Notes: generated by a model from the sequence alone, not told the origin. Shown: positions 25,206 to 38,230, numbered from the whole stretch's first letter. The stretch: 63,923 nucleotides of DNA, filler included, from Octopus bimaculoides (GCF_001194135.2; 7 parts of 6 records of this genome joined end to end with filler, not necessarily neighbours in it); one strand, 5' to 3'. Numbers and translations: made by a program.

Positions 25206-25648
25206 TCAAGGATTGAGCAGACAGAACACAACAAAGAGAAAATGTTAGACGGAAGTAGAGTAAACGGGAAACTAGATGCAAACTTACACGGAAAACTTAT
25301 ACACGGAACATTCCTCGTCAGTCAATGAGCCAAAGTATCATCGTGGTTTCGCACCATTATTTATATACTGTCTTGTTTGTCTCTGTCTCAGTATACATTC
25401 GCTAGCTTTTTCCCAGTAACTTAATAACAGCACTGGCACCGTTAAGATTGAGTGGTCTCAATGATAATGGTGCGAAACCACGATGATATTTTAGTTCATT
25501 GACTGACGAGGAAAACTCAACTGCGAATATTCCGTGTATTATGTCTTTGTCTATATTCTCCGTCCGTTAAGTTTTCGTCTAGTTTCCCGTTTGCTCTACT
25601 TTCGTCTAACTTTTTCTCCTTGTTGTGTTCTGTCTGTTCAATCCTTGA
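25206..25648. mobile_element. Foldback/MITE with ~155-185 bp imperfect terminal inverted repeats, TA-flanked
   Basis: TA|TCAAGGATTGAGCAGACAGAACACAAC... mirrors ...GTTGTGTTCTGTCTGTTCAATCCTTGA|TA; arms extend to 25360 and 25464. Confidence 0.85.
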
Positions 25649-25655
25649 TATGTAA

Positions 25656-25695
<40 letters not shown>

Positions 25696-25789
25696 ACGTA
25701 CGTGCGTGCGTGTGTATGTATGTATGTATGTATGTATGTATGCATGCATGTATGTATATGCATTTTCTTTATCTTGTACTTGTTTCATT

Positions 25790-25935
25790 CACTGCACTGT
25801 GGACATGCAATGGCACTGCATTGAAAGGATTAGTCGAATAACTCGACCCAGTTCTTATAACTTAAGTCTGGTACTTATTTCTTTGGTGGACTTTTGCCGA
25901 ACCGCTAAGTTACGGGGATGTAAACAAACCAGTCT
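25790..25935 (-). mobile_element. SINE family C 3' part
   Basis: TTTTGCCGAACCGCTAAGTTACGGGGATGTAAAC shared with 53690 and 58670. Confidence 0.75.
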
Positions 25936-26083
25936 ACCAACAATTGATTACTCTTCTAGTGCCTTTGAAATGACAATCTCCAGATTACTGTCTTGTCTGA
26001 TAGCCAGTAGTATTGGCTGAGCTTAACTGAGTAAACCCGAGCTTTAATACCAAAATAGATCTATCTATCTATCTATCTATCTC

Positions 26084-26120
<37 letters not shown>

Positions 26121-26489
26121 ATACATACATATACATATGTATATACACACATGCACTCATTATACATACATGCAAATATACCCTGTCGATTGCACATAAA
26201 TAATGCAGTTCGTTTAACTGCATATGTAGATGACGTTAATTTCGGTCAATTGCATAACATTTCTTTGTTCGATTTTGGGAAATAAAATTAGTGAAATGTA
26301 GCATGAATTGATCATGTATTTGATTTGAAATGAATAAAGTGATTCTAAAAGCTTCCATTTTCATTATCAGTTGAAGTCACAACAGTCAGTACTTCATTTT
26401 AACAAACAACCAATGTGAAAAGGAACCACAATTTTAATGAATTAATGATTATGGAAGTTCAGATTCCAGTGTACATGTCTTTTATCTTA

Positions 26490-26700
26490 TACTTGTTTCA
26501 ATCATTGGACTGCAGCTATAATGGGACACCGCCTTGAATGGTTTTAATCAAACAAATCGATCTTAATTTTTTTTCTCTTAAAGTTTGGTACTTTTGCTGT
26601 CAGTCTCTTTCACCTTGCCCATAAGTTATTGGGACGTAAATTAACCAACACCAGTTGTCGAATGGTGGTGGCAGGACAAACACAACGCAAACATTAAGAC
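26490..26700 (-). mobile_element. SINE family C 3' part, diverged
   Basis: CTTGTTTCAATCATTGGACTGCAGC...GGGACGTAAA...CACCAGTTGTCGA. Confidence 0.65.
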
Positions 26701-26743
26701 ACACAAAAATAGATATTGGTTAACATGCAGTTTACTGTCGTAA

Positions 26744-26858
26744 AAAGTGAAAGTAAATTATACTAATAAAGTGAAAGTAAATTATACTAATAAAGTGAAA
26801 GTAAATTATACTAATAAAGTGAAAGTAAATTGTACTAATAAAGTGAAAGTAAATTATG
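26744..26858. repeat. 24-bp minisatellite, about 4.8 copies
   Basis: AAAGTGAAAGTAAATTATACTAAT repeated, with one A>G variant. Confidence 0.95.
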
Positions 26859-27384
26859 ATAGAATGAAGAAATAACGACAGTGTCAGACCAAAATTTCAT
26901 TAAACAAGTTCGATATTCACTGGGTGGATTTCGTGCGTGGGTCTTCGCAACATCGTTACTCATGAGATTTAATTCTTTATTAGTTACTTTATTACTGATG
27001 AAATTGTCAGTCGTTTCACTCAATTTTGTTTATCAAAATGACATCATCCATACTCAAACTACAGAGGAAGATGGACGCTCGCCAAGAAGATCACATGACA
27101 ATATGAGACTAGTGATGATTTATTCACATGGTATCTCCATAAGCTTGTGTGGTGAAGCAAATTTAGAAATGATGAAACAATTCACGAATCTCATTTCGTG
27201 CATCAGTGACTGTTATGTTTTCTCGTAAAAGTAATTGTTTGCATCTTATATAAAATGTACGGTTTTCATGTTATATTAAACATACGTACGTTCCAAACAT
27301 TGGTTGTTACACCTTGTTTACATGAAATTATGGGATTCTCTGTCGTCACTTCCGTCTATCGCGATTTAGTTTCATTTTTACAGG

Positions 27385-27500
27385 ACAAATTTTCTTCTTT
27401 CAATTTCCTTCTACCAAATCTACTCACAAGGCTTTGGTCGGCCCGAGACTGCATCAGAAGATACTTGTCCCAGGTGCCGCGCAGTAGGACTGAACCCGAA
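27385..27500 (-). mobile_element. SINE family C 5' part
   Basis: CTACCAAATCTACTCACAAGGCTTTGGTCGGCCCGAG...GGACTGAACCCG. Confidence 0.85.
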
Positions 27501-27539
27501 GTTTTAATTGTGCAATAACAGACTTCAGTAAATAATAGC

Positions 27540-27667
27540 ACTAGGCCAGCAATTGGGGTAGGGGTGGGGAAGTCGATTACGTCGATCTCCAATCATTAAT
27601 TGGTACTTATTTTATCGACCCCGAAAGGATGAAAGGCAAAATCGACCTCGGTGGAATTTGAACTCGT
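27540..27667 (-). mobile_element. SINE family A copy
   Basis: GGTACTTATTTTATCGACCCCGAAAGGATGAAAGGCAAAATCGACCTCGGTGGAATTTGAACTC. Confidence 0.85.
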
Positions 27668-27731
27668 CGCCTTGTCTTCAATAAATATTAAGTAGAATTT
27701 TTTCATTTTCTGCAACATAACTCTCTCTCTC

Positions 27732-27762
<31 letters not shown>

Positions 27763-27765
27763 TTC

Positions 27766-27799
<34 letters not shown>

Positions 27800-27808
27800 C
27801 CTCTCTCC

Positions 27809-27841
<33 letters not shown>

Positions 27842-28097
27842 CGCTTATCCTTCACATTCTCGTTCTCCTTTTTTTTCACTGCCTCTTTTTTCTACATCCA
27901 TTTCAGTATTAATAACTCTCCAATTCTCTCTTTCGTTTTATGTTCACCTCTCTCTCTCTCTCTTTCTCTCTATCTCTCTTTCTCTCTATCTCTCTTTCTC
28001 TCTCTACCCTCTCACTTTCACTCTCATTTGTCCCCTCTCTCTCTCTTTCACTTCATTTCTTTCTAATAGACGTAACTTGACATTCAATTCTTTCATT

Positions 28098-28146
<49 letters not shown>

Positions 28147-28264
28147 TGTTACTGCTACTACTACTTCTACTTCTACTACTACTACTACTACTACTGTTGC
28201 TGCTGCTGTAATCAACAATTATGTCAATCGCTGTGTACATACATCCCTCCCACAACTAACTATA

Positions 28265-28622
28265 TAGGAGCCTCTATGTGGTTGCTTGACCTGCTAGAAA
28301 TAAGAGCCAAATCGCCCTCAAAATGGGAACATATTTGATAATAAAGTCCTAAATACATAGTTAAAAAAAAAAAAAAAAGTAAAAGAAGTAGTCACGACCG
28401 GAGTGCTTTTATATCTACTTGACCAGAGCTGAACAGGAGCTCAACAGTAATAACAGCAACGAAACGATAGCCAAAATACACCCTATCGTTTTAAGTGAAA
28501 AAAGAAAATGGATACCATTATGCAATGCAGTCCCTGATGTACAAAAAGACAGGACGGTTACTGCTGAAACGCTTTTAATCATGGGTTCGTTCGATCGGAG
28601 TTGCCCTGGGCTAAACAGCAAT
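28265..28622 (+). mobile_element. Two tandem copies of repeat family D (other pieces near 10850, 11930, 42090, 51770, 57105, 57700)
   Basis: Shared motif CTGCTAGAAATAGCAGCCAAAT...CCTCAAA...GATC...GGGCTAAACA(AC)n recurs across the window. Confidence 0.65.
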
Positions 28623-29033
28623 GAAGACATCACCGTTATCAGTTCTATCATCACCCATTAATAACAGTCTCGTAACCCCGTCGTCACTGCCACCGTCACC
28701 ACCACCACCAACACCACTGCCACCATCACCTCCGCCACCAGCATAACGAGTGCAGCTACCACTACAACGAATGCTGCCGTCACCCCCCATCACTGCTGTA
28801 GTCGTCGCCGCCACCACCAATAAATACCATTGCCTCTACCACCAGAATTAACTGTAAATACGATCAGACATCATCACATATTAACCGCCGTCGTTACCAC
28901 ATCACTATCGGTGCACCTTCACCACACTACCATAACAAAACTTGTGTCGTCATCACCTGTACAATCACCATTGCCACTTTTACCGCCACCACCACCATCA
29001 ACAACATATATCTCACTATTACCTGAATTTCCA

Positions 29034-29086
<53 letters not shown>

Positions 29087-29191
29087 GTCTGTCTATCTGC
29101 CTGTCTGTCTGTCTGTCTGTCTGTCTATCCATCTATTTATCTATCTATCTATNNNNNNNNNNATCCATCTATTTATCTATCTATCTATCTG

Positions 29192-29242
<51 letters not shown>

Positions 29243-29749
29243 GTTTGTCTGTCTATCTATCTGTGTGTAATACACACACACACACACACACACACACGCA
29301 CGCACGCACGCACGCACACACACTACCGCCAAAAGTACAGCTGCCTCTTTTTTTGTTAAATATTTTTCGCCGTTTAAAGAAATCTGGTCTACGTTCGAAT
29401 CTATTAAATATCCGCCTATCTATCATCATCATCGGCATCGTTCCTCTCCTATCTATCTCCTCTTTTCCCCCTTAACTATTTCCTCCAAATCTTTCCGCTA
29501 TTTTTATTCTACTTTCCAATTACTGCATCATATTAATTTATACATTTTTTTAAAAACAATAATATACTTTTATCTACATTTTCTGAACCGTTTTTGACAT
29601 AGTTTAATCATCTGCTATGTATTTACAATTCTGTTCTATCACTCACTTGTACCTTTCATTCTATTTTATTATGCTGTTTTATTCAGTTGACAGTTATTCT
29701 CATTCTGTTAGTAGATTTGTAACTGATGTCTTCTACCTACATTTCTTCA

Positions 29750-30400
29750 TTCTTTACATTCCTTTATTCTTGTATTTCCCTCCAATCAGCTGACTCGCCC
29801 CACCGCTCTCTGTTTTCTCTCTCGTCCAGTCAGTTCAGCCGTAACTGGATGTTTTCTGACTGCGTATCTTTAGTTTTCTATTTTTCTCAAATCAACTGAC
29901 CGTATCTCTCTCGTTCACTTGGCTTAACCACAACTGGGTGTCTTCTGTCTACATACTTTTATTTCTAAAATTTCTTCATGCAAAAATATTCTCTGAACAG
30001 TTCCCGTTCAGTAAGTTTAGTCGTACCTTTTCCACACTTTATTTCTCCACTCCTTCACTGTTTTCTTCGTTGGAACGCCCTTCCCCTTCAATTCTTTCAT
30101 TCACATTTGTCTGAATGTGACATTTTCCGTCCACGTGACATTCCCGTTAACATTCCTTTATCGTATTCTTTCCTTTTTTCTTTTTTCATCCCTTTATTCT
30201 GCTATTTTCATTTTGTAATAATTTCAGTCTCATTGATATACTATATATTTTCTCTGAAATCCTATCTTGATTCTTATGTACAGCATAGTACAACTTCATT
30301 CAGTCGTCTGTCCCATTTAGTTCAACCATCATAGAACGATTTCTGTCTGTATCCCTTACATCTCGTCATCCTTTTTTTTTATTTTTCAAATTTTATTTTC
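29750..30400 (-). mobile_element. Heavily decayed RTE-like RT C-terminal remnant
   Basis: Minus-strand translation gives weak echoes (VWKRY...HEEILE; TGRERKQRAVGRVS*LEGNTRI) with many stops. Confidence 0.35.
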
Positions 30401-30720
30401 ATTCAACCATCCACTTCATTAAAATATTTCGTGCATGTAGTGATATCTACTGTCCGCAATCTATTTTCTTTTATTTCTTCGTTTTCTCTTTCATTTAGCC
30501 ATCAAATTTATCATCCATTAGAGCAATCATGGGTATAGGTAAACTGCAACCAGTGAAACATTATAAATGGCACGCGTAACGAAAATTTACCTTGAATTTT
30601 CTTAGTAATACGGCCTGCCTAATGATGAGACATGTCTCAAGCGGCCCACTTCTCGGAAAAGATTGCTCATGCTTGCATTAGAGCAATGATTTTCAATTGG
30701 AATGTCGGAGTACCCGCTAG

Positions 30721-30870
30721 CAGTGGTTCTCAACCTTTTGTAGCCCAGAGTTCCTTTTTATCTAATCGCGTTTTACAAACGCCTCTTCTCATGTTAAAAA
30801 ATAAAAGAGAAAGAAAGAATGCGCTTTTGTACTATTTTTGTGTAGGAGGTTTATATTCAGAGTTTCTTAT
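30721..30870. mobile_element. hAT-type MITE left end
   Basis: Begins CAGTGGTTCTCAACC, a classic hAT terminus; right end not found. Confidence 0.55.
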
Positions 30871-30879
30871 AGCATCCTA

Positions 30880-31587
30880 GGATCTTTTCCGTTTGGCTGC
30901 CAGCGACAATTTCTGTTCGAATTGATTTCATATTCAGATACACTTTTATAGGCTATGAATGCCATGAAAATCATTTTCGCTATAAATCTATAAATAAAGA
31001 GTTATTAGCTATTCAAGTTTGAAAAATTTGGGTAATTTTAGCCAATCATAAGCCACAGACATATCCATGCCTGTTTCCATAGTAACAAGCGGAACATGAG
31101 AACTCTTTTGTCTGCGAGAAAGCACGTGTTGACAAATATATTGAAACCACTTGTTGACGCTGTGTTCTACTGTTTTATCTACCGAAAGGCATATCGATTG
31201 CTTAAATCTTTCTTTTGTTTTTTAAGATATTTAATTTGTAATGTGCTGTTTATCGCATTAAATGCATATTGAATGCGCAAAACTACAAATGACGTATTGT
31301 TTACTCATTTTCCGCGTGTAGAATACAAATATTGACAACACGTGCTATTTTCAGGATCTTGACAAAATGTGCTGTCACGCACAAAATGACAGCTTCCAAA
31401 TCCTGTTTCTTGAATGGGTGAAAATGCTCAGACTTTAAACCTCTATAACTTTTTAAAAGCATTTTTTTCTGGAAAAACTGAAATAACTCCAGCAATTCAG
31501 CTTGGAAATCTCCATTAATGTGCCAAATTTTAAAATTTTCAATAAGCTCAAATTTTTTTAATGCTGGCAGCCAAACGGAAAAGATCA
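30880..31587. mobile_element. Non-autonomous DNA transposon with GGATCTTTTCCGTTTGGCTGCCAGC TIR (Merlin/MULE-like)
   Basis: 24-bp perfect inverted repeat (30881-30904 / 31563-31586); flanking direct repeat (A)GCATCCTA of 8-9 bp. Confidence 0.9.
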
Positions 31588-31654
31588 GCATCCTACCCAG
31601 CTTGTATCACTTTTTAGATTTGTTAAATTGCCATGGAAATTACGAAAGAAAAGA

Positions 31655-31742
31655 CCCAGGCATGGCTGTGTGGTTAAGAAGCACACTTTGCAATCACGTG
31701 ATTTCGGGTTCAGTCCTTCTGTCGCGGAACTTTGGGGAAGTA
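31655..31742 (+). mobile_element. SINE family C head
   Basis: GGCATGGCTGTGTGGTTAAGAAGC...GGGTTCAGTCC. Confidence 0.8.
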
Positions 31743-31851
31743 NNNNNNNNNNNNNNNNNNNNNNNNNNNNNNNNNNNNNNNNNNNNNNNNNNNNNNNNNN
31801 NNNNNNNNNNNNNNNNNNNNNNNNNNNNNNNNNNNNNNNNNNNNNNNNNNN

Positions 31852-31893
<42 letters not shown>

Positions 31894-31914
31894 CTTTCTT
31901 TTCATCTTCGCTTA

Positions 31915-32190
31915 TGATGGCAGGCATGCTTCTGGACTCATAAGAGTTCTAAAGCATGCCTTTCATCGAGTCATGTCTAAAGCAACCAACTCCAATTGAT
32001 CTGGTTCTATTCCCAAGCGAGACCAACCGAGTTCATGGATGTTATTCAGCCATCTTGTTTGTGGTCTACTCAGGGTCTCTTGTCGGTTGGTTTTGCCTGT
32101 AAAACCTGTGCAACTGGTCCTTTCACATGTGGGTAAACTAACAACGCCGAAAGTTTTGGGTTCGAGCAAGATAGGAACTGCTTTGATAAC
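31915..32190 (-). mobile_element. RTE (Expander/Rex3-like) LINE 3' fragment
   Basis: SRPQTRWLNNIHELGWSRLGIEPDQLELVALD matches the GRPRTRW...L.W.RLG..P..L..VA.DR C-terminus. Confidence 0.75.
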
Positions 32191-33438
32191 GAACGACATC
32201 CTGGAGGGTCGTTAATTTCAGGGTTCATAGATGTGGGTGGGTCATCATGGAATTGTAGAAAAGCCCACTGCGGGAGATGGCTACGATCGTAGCTACCACG
32301 GAGCATCGAGCCGACTATCTTTTCCCGCAACGGTCACTGTTTTGAGAGACTTTGGACTCGTTGACGGAAGAGTGTAATGCCCGATTTGGCCTGCTGGTTC
32401 TCTATGACTTCACTCGTGCACCTCTTACAGTTCGCCCGGCTAGAGTCAGGCAGGATCTGGATGCGTCAGTCCTGATTAGATGGCGTCTGGGAGGTTATGA
32501 TCAGCCCGCATCGACAAGCCCAAACGAATCTATTGTTGGGCTGATTGATGCACCTGTGGGACGAGTGGCACCGTCCACATTAAAATTTACCGTGTACCGA
32601 CGTTAAAAATAGGGAAAGAGCAATCGCCGTTGGGTAAGGTAAACATTTGTGCGCTGAGAGTGCCTCTGTACTCCGTTTCTTAATGCAGAAGCCGATGTCT
32701 CATGAGACGATGAAGCAGCTCTGTAGATGTTTTGGTCCCTTCAACCGCGACACTGGAGCGATATAGACGACAAAACTCCCATACAACAACAAAAGGTTTG
32801 TTGAGTAAGATGTTACGACTCGGACAAGATGTTTCTACCATCCTCAATGACCGTTGGAAAATCTGTATAATAGGCGTATATCAGTGTGTATCGGACTAAA
32901 GATGTAATATATATTAAAGTTAAGGATCCGCATTAGGACATATCCTCGCATATATTATTAATATTTACATAAGTACATATATGTCAAGACGTATATCACT
33001 ATTAGCATGGATACATGTTAAGAAAATAAGCTAAAATGTATCATTCGTATACTCTCGCGCCAGTTTACCAGAAAAAAACTGAATGTCACCATTTCAGTAA
33101 CGGCATGAAACTCATTAACTTTAACAACAGTGTTTTTCTCTAACATTGCAAATTTTACCACCAGTATTCTTTCGCTTCCTATTCTATTCGCTTCCTGCTT
33201 TTCTTTCATTCCTTCTTTGTTAATCAGTTGCCCTGGCCATTCGTTAATTTCAGTTCACTGGTGATGACATCTTAACTCAGCAATACGTTATTCCATTAAT
33301 TTGTTCCGTTAATTGTCATATTCAGTGTGTCTCCAATTTCATTCAATCAACTACATATCACATTCTTATAATCCCTTATCTTTTAATTTTTTTCCTGTAT
33401 TTAGTCAACTTAGCTGAACTTTTCGCATTCATTTATTT

Positions 33439-33475
<37 letters not shown>

Positions 33476-33577
33476 NNNNNNNNNNNNNNNNNNNNNNNNN
33501 NNNNNNNNNNNNNNNNNNNNNNNNNNNNNNNNNNNNNNNNNNNNNNNNNNNNNNNNNNNNNNNNNNNNNNNNNNNNN

Positions 33578-33809
33578 CTATTTCTTTACTGCCCACAAGG
33601 GGCTACACAGAAAGGCGACAAACAAGGACAGACAAACGGATTAAGTCGATTATATCGACCCAGTGCGTAACTGGTACTTAATTCATCGACCCCCGAAAGG
33701 ATGAAAAGCAAGGTCGACCTCGGCGGAATTTGAACTCAGAACGTAACGGCAGACGAAATACCGCTAAGCATTTCGCCCGGCGTGCTAATGTTTCTGTCAG
33801 CTCGCCGCC
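33578..33809 (-). mobile_element. Full-length SINE family A copy (subfamily with the TTTGTCTGTCCTTGTTTGTC tail)
   Basis: Reverse complement from AGGCGGCGAGCTGACAGAAAC through AAAGAAATAG; same tail as 51470-51541. Confidence 0.9.
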
Positions 33810-35158
33810 TACCTACCTACCAACCTACCTACTCACCTACCAACCTGCCTGCCTATCTGCTTGTCTGCCTGCCTGTCTTTTGTCTGTTTGTGAGCCTTTC
33901 TGCCTGTCTGCCTGTCTGCCTGTCTGCCTACCTTTCTATCTGTCCATCCATCCATGTAGCGACTTACATATCCAACTCAGTCTTTTCAATGAGAACACGA
34001 CCGACAATTTTCAACTGCATTCACTAATTCCTTTATTTTACATCCCACTCAACCATATATATTCCTTCATTCTATTAATCTTTTCCCAATCAGACCCAAC
34101 CCTATTTCGTTCAGTTGTTTCACTCATAAAACAATCTGTCGTTGAATATCTTTCCTTTCTTGACTTATAGTCTTAGACTTAATTTTATGTTAGGTCGTTC
34201 CAACCCGGGACAATAATCAAACAAGCGCCATCGTTCATATTTTTTGCTACCTTTATATTCTTCACCTGAACGTTTCTCTTATTTGATTGCTCACTCGTAA
34301 CAGCATATTCTCTATGCTCCTAAGCTTCTGGTACTCTTAATTTGTATCCACCATTACCCCACCCTTCTCTCTCTCTCTCTCTCACACACACATACAAACA
34401 CACACTACCTACCTACCTACCTACCTANNNNNNNNNNNNNNNNNNNNNNNNNNNNNNNNNNNNNNNNNNNNNNNNNNNNNNNNNNNNNNNNNNNNNNNNN
34501 NNNNNNNNNNNNNNNNNNNNNNNNNNNNNNNNNNNNNNNNNNNNNNNNNNNNNNNNNNNNNNNNNNNNNNNNNNNNNNNNNNNNNNNNNNNNNNNNNNNN
34601 NNNNNNNNNNNNNNNNNNNNNNNNNNNNNNNNNNNNNNNNNNNNNNNNNNNNNNNNNNNNNNNNNNNNNNNNNNNNNNNNNNNNNNNNNNNNNNNNNNNN
34701 NNNNNNNNNNNNNNNNNNNNNNNNNNNNNNNNNNNNNNNNNNNNNNNNNNNNNNNNNNNNNNNNNNNNNNNNNNNNNNNNNNNNNNNNNNNNNNNNNNNN
34801 NNNNNNNNNNNNNNNNNNNNNNNNNNNNNNNNNNNNNNNNNNNNNNNNNNNNNNNNNNNNNNNNNNNNNNNNNNNNNNNNNNNNNNNNNNNNNNNNNNNN
34901 NNNNNNNNNNNNNNNNNNNNNNNNNNNNNNNNNNNNNNNNNNNNNNNNNNNNNNNNNNNNNNNNNNNNNNNNNNNNNNNNNNNNNNNNNNNNNNNNNNNN
35001 NNNNNNNNNNNNNNNNNNNNNNNNNNNNNNNNNNNNNNNNNNNNNNNNNNNNNNNNNNNNNNNNNNNNNNNNNNNNNNNNNNNNNNNNNNNNNNNNNNNN
35101 NNNNNNNNNNNNNNNNNNNNNNNNNNNNNNNNNNNNNNNNNNNNNNNNNNNNNNNNNN

Positions 35159-35190
<32 letters not shown>

Positions 35191-36134
35191 CAGCACCAGC
35201 ACCGCCACTGCCACCGCCGCCACCGCCACCACCACCACTTTCATCATCATCGTCAACACTCACATTAACACAGCCATCCAACATCATCCACCGGTTTAGT
35301 CCCGTTTCAAATTAACCCCATGAAGAGGTTTATGTGTGTATTCTTTTCGACTTATATATTGTATACAACACAAGACTGATACAAAAACCATTACCGTTTA
35401 TATTTCTTCTCCCATCACCACTACCACCAACTTCACTTAAATCTTGGCTTCCAGCGTCGCCGCCGCCACTACCGCCACCACCGCCACCACCACCACCAAT
35501 GCGTTTCAAGAATTTTCTGACATTTCCACTAAACAAATATACTCTCATCCAGACGTATCATATGTCAGATACAACGACCAGAACACCGGATATATCCTGT
35601 CCACCATTTTGTTTTTCTTTTCTTTTCTATGATCCATTTCCTGTTTTTAACTCGCGGGCCGATTTATATATTTTCCCCTTTGTTTCTTATTCTAATATTC
35701 ATTTATTCTCTCTCCCACCCAACCTCCTTTCTCTCTCTCTCTCCCTCTCTCTCTCCAAACACATGTATAAATGTATGGATGTATGTATGTTTTGTGTGTA
35801 TATATATGTATGTTTGTTTGTATGTATGTATGGATGGTTTGTATGCATGTATGGATGATTGAGGCATGCGTATATATTTACGTGTGTATATGTATACACA
35901 CTGCACTGTCTCTCTCTCACACACACTCACACACAAACACGAACGCAACTCTGCAACTGGACTTTGGCCACGTTGTGCTACCATCTTCAACGATTTTATG
36001 AAGAAGTGTATCAACCCAACTAGTTAGTCTCGTACTCGTTTTATGGATTTGTAATTACCGAATGACTGAGTTCACTTTTTAACTTACACATATTTACATT
36101 ACTAAACTCAAAATCATAAATAAACGTATAAACA

Positions 36135-36186
<52 letters not shown>

Positions 36187-36189
36187 ATA

Positions 36190-36247
<58 letters not shown>

Positions 36248-36295
36248 CGTCCGTCCGTCCGTCCGTCCGTCTGTCTGTCTGTCTGTCTGTCTATA
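36135..36295. repeat. Compound tetranucleotide array TATC-TGTC-CGTC-TGTC-TATC
   Basis: Direct reading. Confidence 0.95.
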
Positions 36296-36338
36296 AACCT
36301 CGGTCTCTGCATACGTGTGTATGTATACACATACACAC

Positions 36339-36382
<44 letters not shown>

Positions 36383-36647
36383 GAGAAAGGAACGAAAGCG
36401 CTAATATTAATGAAGAAATAAAAAGATTGTTTTTCCAAAATTCCGNNNNNNNNNNNNNNNNNNNNNNNNNNNNNNNNNNNNNNNNNNNNTTAATTAATTA
36501 ANNNNNNNNNNNNNNNNNNNNNNNNNNNNNNNNNNNNNNNNNNNNTTATTCTTTCACTTTCTTTTACACACACATACATGTATATATATATATATAATGT
36601 ATATGTATGTACGTATGTATGTGTATATATTATATGCACACACACAC

Positions 36648-36686
<39 letters not shown>

Positions 36687-37740
36687 CATATAAGACACAT
36701 ATACATGCTATCAAAACGTTTCTATTCGCTTGTACTTATATACAGTGTTTGTATTGTTGATTTATATACTATTAGCAATTTTAGAAACCTGTCAGTGTAT
36801 GTTACAAGTAGTTTTAAAATCACTGGAACACCATTCGGAAATGTTGAGCTTCTTATAATCATAATTACGTAAAAACAGCTCCAAGATTGAACCAATTCTT
36901 TATGTAATGGACTAAATTGCTATGAGTGGTTTAATGTGATATTCCAATAAGTATCAACGTTGAATATGTGGCTTCTATAATTGTAAATATCTATATAAAT
37001 TAACTCTATATCAATTGCATTGAGGGATCTGCATCTCATAATATGAAAGTTTCATTATATGCATACACACGCACACACACACATGTATATATGTGTGTGT
37101 GTGNNNNNNNNNNNNNNNNNNNNNNNNNNNNNNNNNNNNNNNNNNNNNNNNNNNNNNNNNNNNNNNNNNNNNNNNNNNNNNNNNNNNNNNNNNNNNNNNN
37201 NNNNNNNNNNNNNNNNNNNNNNNNNNNNNNNNNNNNNNNNNNNNNNNNNNNNNNNNNNNNNNNNNNNNNNNNNNNNNNNNNNNNNNNNNNNNNNNNNNNN
37301 NNNNNNNNNNNNNNNNNNNNNNNNNNNNNNNNNNNNNNNNNNNNNNNNNNNNNNNNNNNNNNNNNNNNNNNNNNNNNNNNNNNNNNNNNNNNNNNNNNNN
37401 NNNNNNNNNNNNNNNNNNNNNNNNNNNNNNNNNNNNNNNNNNNNNNNNNNNNNNNNNNNNNNNNNNNNNNNNNNNNNNNNNNNNNNNNNNNNNNNNNNNN
37501 NNNNNNNNNNNNNNNNNNNNNNNNNNNNNNNNNNNNNNNNNNNNNNNNNNNNNNNNNNNNNNNNNNNNNNNNNNNNNNNNNNNNNNNNNNNNNNNNNNNN
37601 NNNNNNNNNNNNNNNNNNNNNNNNNNNNNNNNNNNNNNNNNNNNNNNNNNNNNNNNNNNNNNNNNNNNNNNNNNNNNNNNNNNNNNNNNNNNNNNNNNNN
37701 NNNNNNNNNNNNNNNNNNNNNNNNNNNNNNNNNNNNNNNN

Positions 37741-38230
37741 CTTTTCGTCCAAACGATTTTGAAGACTGCGGAATAAATAATAATCAGATGTGGCAACGTC
37801 CGGCGAATATGGTGGGTGGAGCATCGTTTCCCATTCAAACTGCTCCAAACCTTTGGAACGTCATCCTCTCTGTATGTGACCGGGCATTATCTTAACGGAA
37901 GAACACCTTTCGTCTTGAAACCAAAGATGGTCGTTTTTTCTTCTAGCGCTGACTTAAGCCACTCCAGCTACTCGCAGTAGATCTCCTTTGTTATCATTTG
38001 GTTTGGGTTTAAATGTTCAAAGTGGACTAAACCTTTCATATCCCACCAAATAGATGTGCATAACATAGCCAACATCTTTTTTTTGGTGTCAGCTCTCTTT
38101 TTTATTACCACTCTATACTCATCTAGCACGTCGTTCTGAAACATAGGCATATTTAGTTCTACACCAGCTTATTAGACTCGCAATGCCTAACCGAAGTATT
38201 TTAACACGAAAACTCTCATCGGGGAGAGTT
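37741..38230 (-). mobile_element. Mariner transposase remnant (catalytic domain)
   Basis: KKKMLAMLCTSIWWDMKGLVHFEHLNPNQMITKEIYCE and FEWETMLHPPYSPDVATSDYYLFRSLQN (HPPYSPDLAPSD motif). Confidence 0.9.

Noticed and set aside
26744-26858. Regular repeats considered as a CRISPR array (also 24158 and 43618)
   Set aside because: No spacers and a eukaryotic context; these are plain tandem repeats.
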